Shown piece after piece: positions 60,805-64,000 of a stretch of 64,000 nt of DNA; within the stretch, counting starts at the first letter, position 1; each line of letters starts with the position of its first letter. The DNA is from Eledone cirrhosa (Eukaryota): contig OZ024740.1 of assembly GCA_964016885.1 (NCBI GenBank), forward strand, positions 320,850,001 to 320,914,000. Direction: 5' to 3'. The position numbers and the translations under genes are program-made. The notes beneath the pieces were generated by a model. It saw only the letters and a list, made by a program, of their open reading frames with translations, searched no databases and had not been told where the DNA came from.

Positions 60805-60911
60805 ATAGGAACGAGTAGGACCCCGACAGCTGAGCTCAAGCCATTTCGACGGCTAATTCTGGAATTAGCCGTCGAAACGGCTTGAGCTCAGCCGTCGGGG
60901 TCCTACTCGTT

Positions 60912-60916
<5 letters not shown>
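60805..60916. repeat. near-perfect palindrome, 55-bp arms, 2-nt spacer
   Basis: 60805-60859 pairs with 60862-60916, 2 mismatches. Confidence 0.97.
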
Positions 60917-60955
<39 letters not shown>

Positions 60956-61069
60956 CGTACATACTCTATGTGTATTGAGTACCTTACTTACTGTGGTTAC
61001 CCCCTAATGAACCCGGGATACACGCGCGCACACACACACACACATATATATATAGGTGTGTGTGTGATG

Positions 61070-61171
61070 CCTTGTGAGTGAGATTTGGTGGAATCTTTCA
61101 TAGATATATAAAATAAGGGTTTAGATCGATATACAATGATTTCAATCTCGTCATATGATATATGATATATA

Positions 61172-61205
<34 letters not shown>

Positions 61206-61291
61206 CGAGATTGAAATTATCGCATATCGAACTAAACCCTTATTTTATATATCTGTGAAAGATTTCCGTCCACCAAATTCCACTCACAAGG
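61070..61291. repeat. inverted repeat (~82-87-bp arms) around a (TA)n spacer
   Basis: 61070-61151 pairs with 61205-61291, with scattered mismatches and one small indel. Confidence 0.9.
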
Positions 61292-63113
61292 TGTTAGACA
61301 CCCTCGGGCATATATGAGAAGACACTCGCCTAAGGTAGCATGCAGCGGAATTTAACTTGGAACATTTGCTTATAAATATGCTAAATAAGAGGAGCCTTGG
61401 ATCAGTAATAACTTCATGTACTCCGGTCGATGAGAGACAGGGTTCAAATATCGCCGATATTAACTTTCCCCCGAGGTCGATAAAATGTCCTAATAGTGTC
61501 CATTAGATTGACTCTGTCACTATTGTGAACCTTGGTATGAATAGTAGTAGTAATACTTGTGATGGTGGTGGTAATAGTAGTAGTAATAGTATACCAGTAA
61601 TGTACTGAGTTTTTGCTGGCCTTGTGCCTAAAATAGAAACAATTATTAGTAGTGGTGGTAGTAGTAGTAATAGTTGTGGTAATAATAGTGACAGTGGTGG
61701 TGGTAATAATAGTAGTAATAGTATTAGTAGTAGTGATAGTGGTGGTAGTAGTAGTTGTGGTGGTGGAGGATGATTCAGTCGGTAGAGCGTCGAAGAAAAT
61801 GGCTTTCGATGTTTAGTTACGTCCCTTTACGTTCCAAACCAAAATCTCCCCGAAGTCAACTTTATATTTCATTCTGGGATCGATAATTAAGTACCAATCA
61901 AGTATTGAGAAAATCAATTAAATCAGTTATATTACTGCAACACTCATCGTCGAAACCGATGGAGGTCGAACACACACATTATGTCTGAAAAAGAAAAAAA
62001 AAGACGAAATGGGCACTACCAGGAAGGACACATTAGATAATTGTTTCTACGTTAGGCACAAGGCCAGCAATTATCTACTGTATTACTGGTACTTTATTTT
62101 ATCGACCCCGTAAGGATGAAAGGCAAAGTTATAGATAATGTATACAGATATGTGATGCCTTAAAAAATGTAGACGGGATGGTCACAACTGGAATGCCTTT
62201 GATTATGAGTCAGCTAGATCATGGCTGACTTGGGACTCTAAGCAACAAGGAAGGACACATTAGATGATATACTCTTAGTTATATTATGTTTGGAGAAAAA
62301 AAACCAATAGGATTGTCACGGGTGGTATGTCTGTTGAATCAGGGCTAACATGAAGTCAAATGGTTTCTAATTTAGGCAGAAGGCTATGAGTTTGTGGGGA
62401 ATGGAAAATCGATTATATCGGCTTCACTATCTGACTGGTACTCCATTTTATCGACTCCGAATGATGATAGGCAAAGTTGACCTCGACAAGATTTGAACTC
62501 AGAACGTAAAGAGCCATAACTAAATGTCACAAAGCATTTTGTCGGGCGCTCTATAGATTCTGCTAAGCCACCGCCCTTTTAAACTGGAGTTAAATAACCA
62601 CAGGGACTCCTTAAATAATATAGTTCTAGATACACCGACTGAAAATAAATAGACCGTGTGGTCACTTTTGGAACCGCTATCATCATAAGTTTGCTGGAAC
62701 AGGATACATTAGCTATTGTAGCGCTAGATATATTATACGCTCCAGTCATTATCATCTCGTTTTGTATACAATGGATTAAATTATCTAATTTGTTTTTCAC
62801 ACGGAAGGGATATTATTTAAGGGAATTTTAGCTGCTATTTTTAGCACGCTAAGTGACTGTGTAGAGGTTACCACATTAGGTAGTAGTACTAGTAGTAGTA
62901 GGAAGAGGGGGAGGTACAAGGAGAGAAAAAGGTGGAATTCCAAATGAGCGTCGGGTAAAGCCTGTAACAAGAGAGAAGGAGAAAGAAACAGATAAAGAGA
63001 AAAGGCAAAGACAGAAATAAAAATAAAGGAGGGGGAGAGAGGGAGAGAGATAGACAGAGAGGAAGTTAATGAAAAAAGAAAGGAGTGGGAGAAAAAGAAA
63101 GGGGGGAGAGGTT

Positions 63114-63150
63114 ATCACGTGATCGGCGGCTGAAAGGAGGTAAGATGGCG
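63114..63150 (+). promoter_or_regulatory. E-box palindrome ATCACGTGAT and YY1/Kozak-like AAGATGGCG
   Basis: 63114-63123 and 63142-63150, in a CpG-enriched patch after a purine-rich tract. Confidence 0.55.
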
Positions 63151-63252
63151 GTGTCTGAATCAACAGTCCAAAATGGTGATATTACGACGTTTGGGGAGAA
63201 TACTAACATTGATGATGACGATGACTATGACCAAGATACAATACTGGAAGAG
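63145..63252 (+). CDS. probable first coding exon of an unidentified gene (MAVSESTVQNGDITTFGENTNIDDDDDYDQDTILEE)
   Basis: Strong start context aagATGGCG, 36 open codons, GAG|GTAGGC donor (phase 0). Confidence 0.65.
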
Positions 63253-63697
63253 GTAGGCCGCCCTTACATTTACACATATTTTTCTGTTTCCTCCATGGTA
63301 CAACCATTTGTTATTTTAGTGTGGCTATTAATGTTATTGTTGTTATTATTTTCGCCCTAAATGTCGGAAGTAGGGGGTTCCCCCCGTTTTCCATTCAGAT
63401 CGATCTTATAAAGCAGTTGATTCTAGCTGATCAATAAATGTTGTAGACCAACGTTAATTTAACACGGTTATGTTAATGATAAAACATATTAATTGAAATA
63501 AAATACTAAGAAACAAGAGCTTCCTAAAGTAACTTTGTGTGTGCGTGTCTTATGTGTGTGTATATATACACATACTATATATATATAACCATGTATATAT
63601 ATATATACACATACGATGTATATATATATATATACACAATATATATACACATACGATGTATATATATATATATATATATATACATACGATGTATATA

Positions 63698-63734
<37 letters not shown>

Positions 63735-63752
63735 TATATATACACATACGAT

Positions 63753-63805
<53 letters not shown>

Positions 63806-63883
63806 CACTATATATATATACACATACGATGTATATATATATATATATATATATATACACTATATATATATACACATACGATG

Positions 63884-63923
<40 letters not shown>

Positions 63924-64000
63924 TACAATGTATATATATATACACACACAATGTATATATACACACATATAATGTATATATATATATATATACACACATG

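Overview
AT-rich, repeat-dense animal genomic DNA, most likely a cephalopod (octopus-like). This is inferred from the very long (TA/CA)n tracts, Nin/Deu-domain tRNA-SINEs, RTE/CR1/CRE/Penelope retroelements and a decayed C2H2 zinc-finger array. The clear host genes are two tandem, intronless DHRS1-like short-chain dehydrogenases (29118-30080 and 35040-36002, minus strand). There are also a probable first coding exon at 63145-63252 (+) and weaker exon candidates at 23461-23507 (-) and 41288-41806 (+). Most of the rest is mobile DNA: a TSD-flanked Gypsy element, a decayed Helitron plus non-autonomous Helitrons, RTE LINEs with a PHD finger, and two Penelope-like pieces. Most notable: (1) a nested insertion in which a Merlin-like MITE holds a Helitron and a Gypsy element with only 59-bp LTRs, with the empty site preserved in the paralogous duplicate; (2) a type I hammerhead ribozyme fold ending the Penelope element; (3) a 55-bp-arm hairpin that looks like a hammerhead converted to a palindrome; (4) mostly non-synonymous divergence between the DHRS1 copies. 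All alignments and counts were made by eye; no searches were run.
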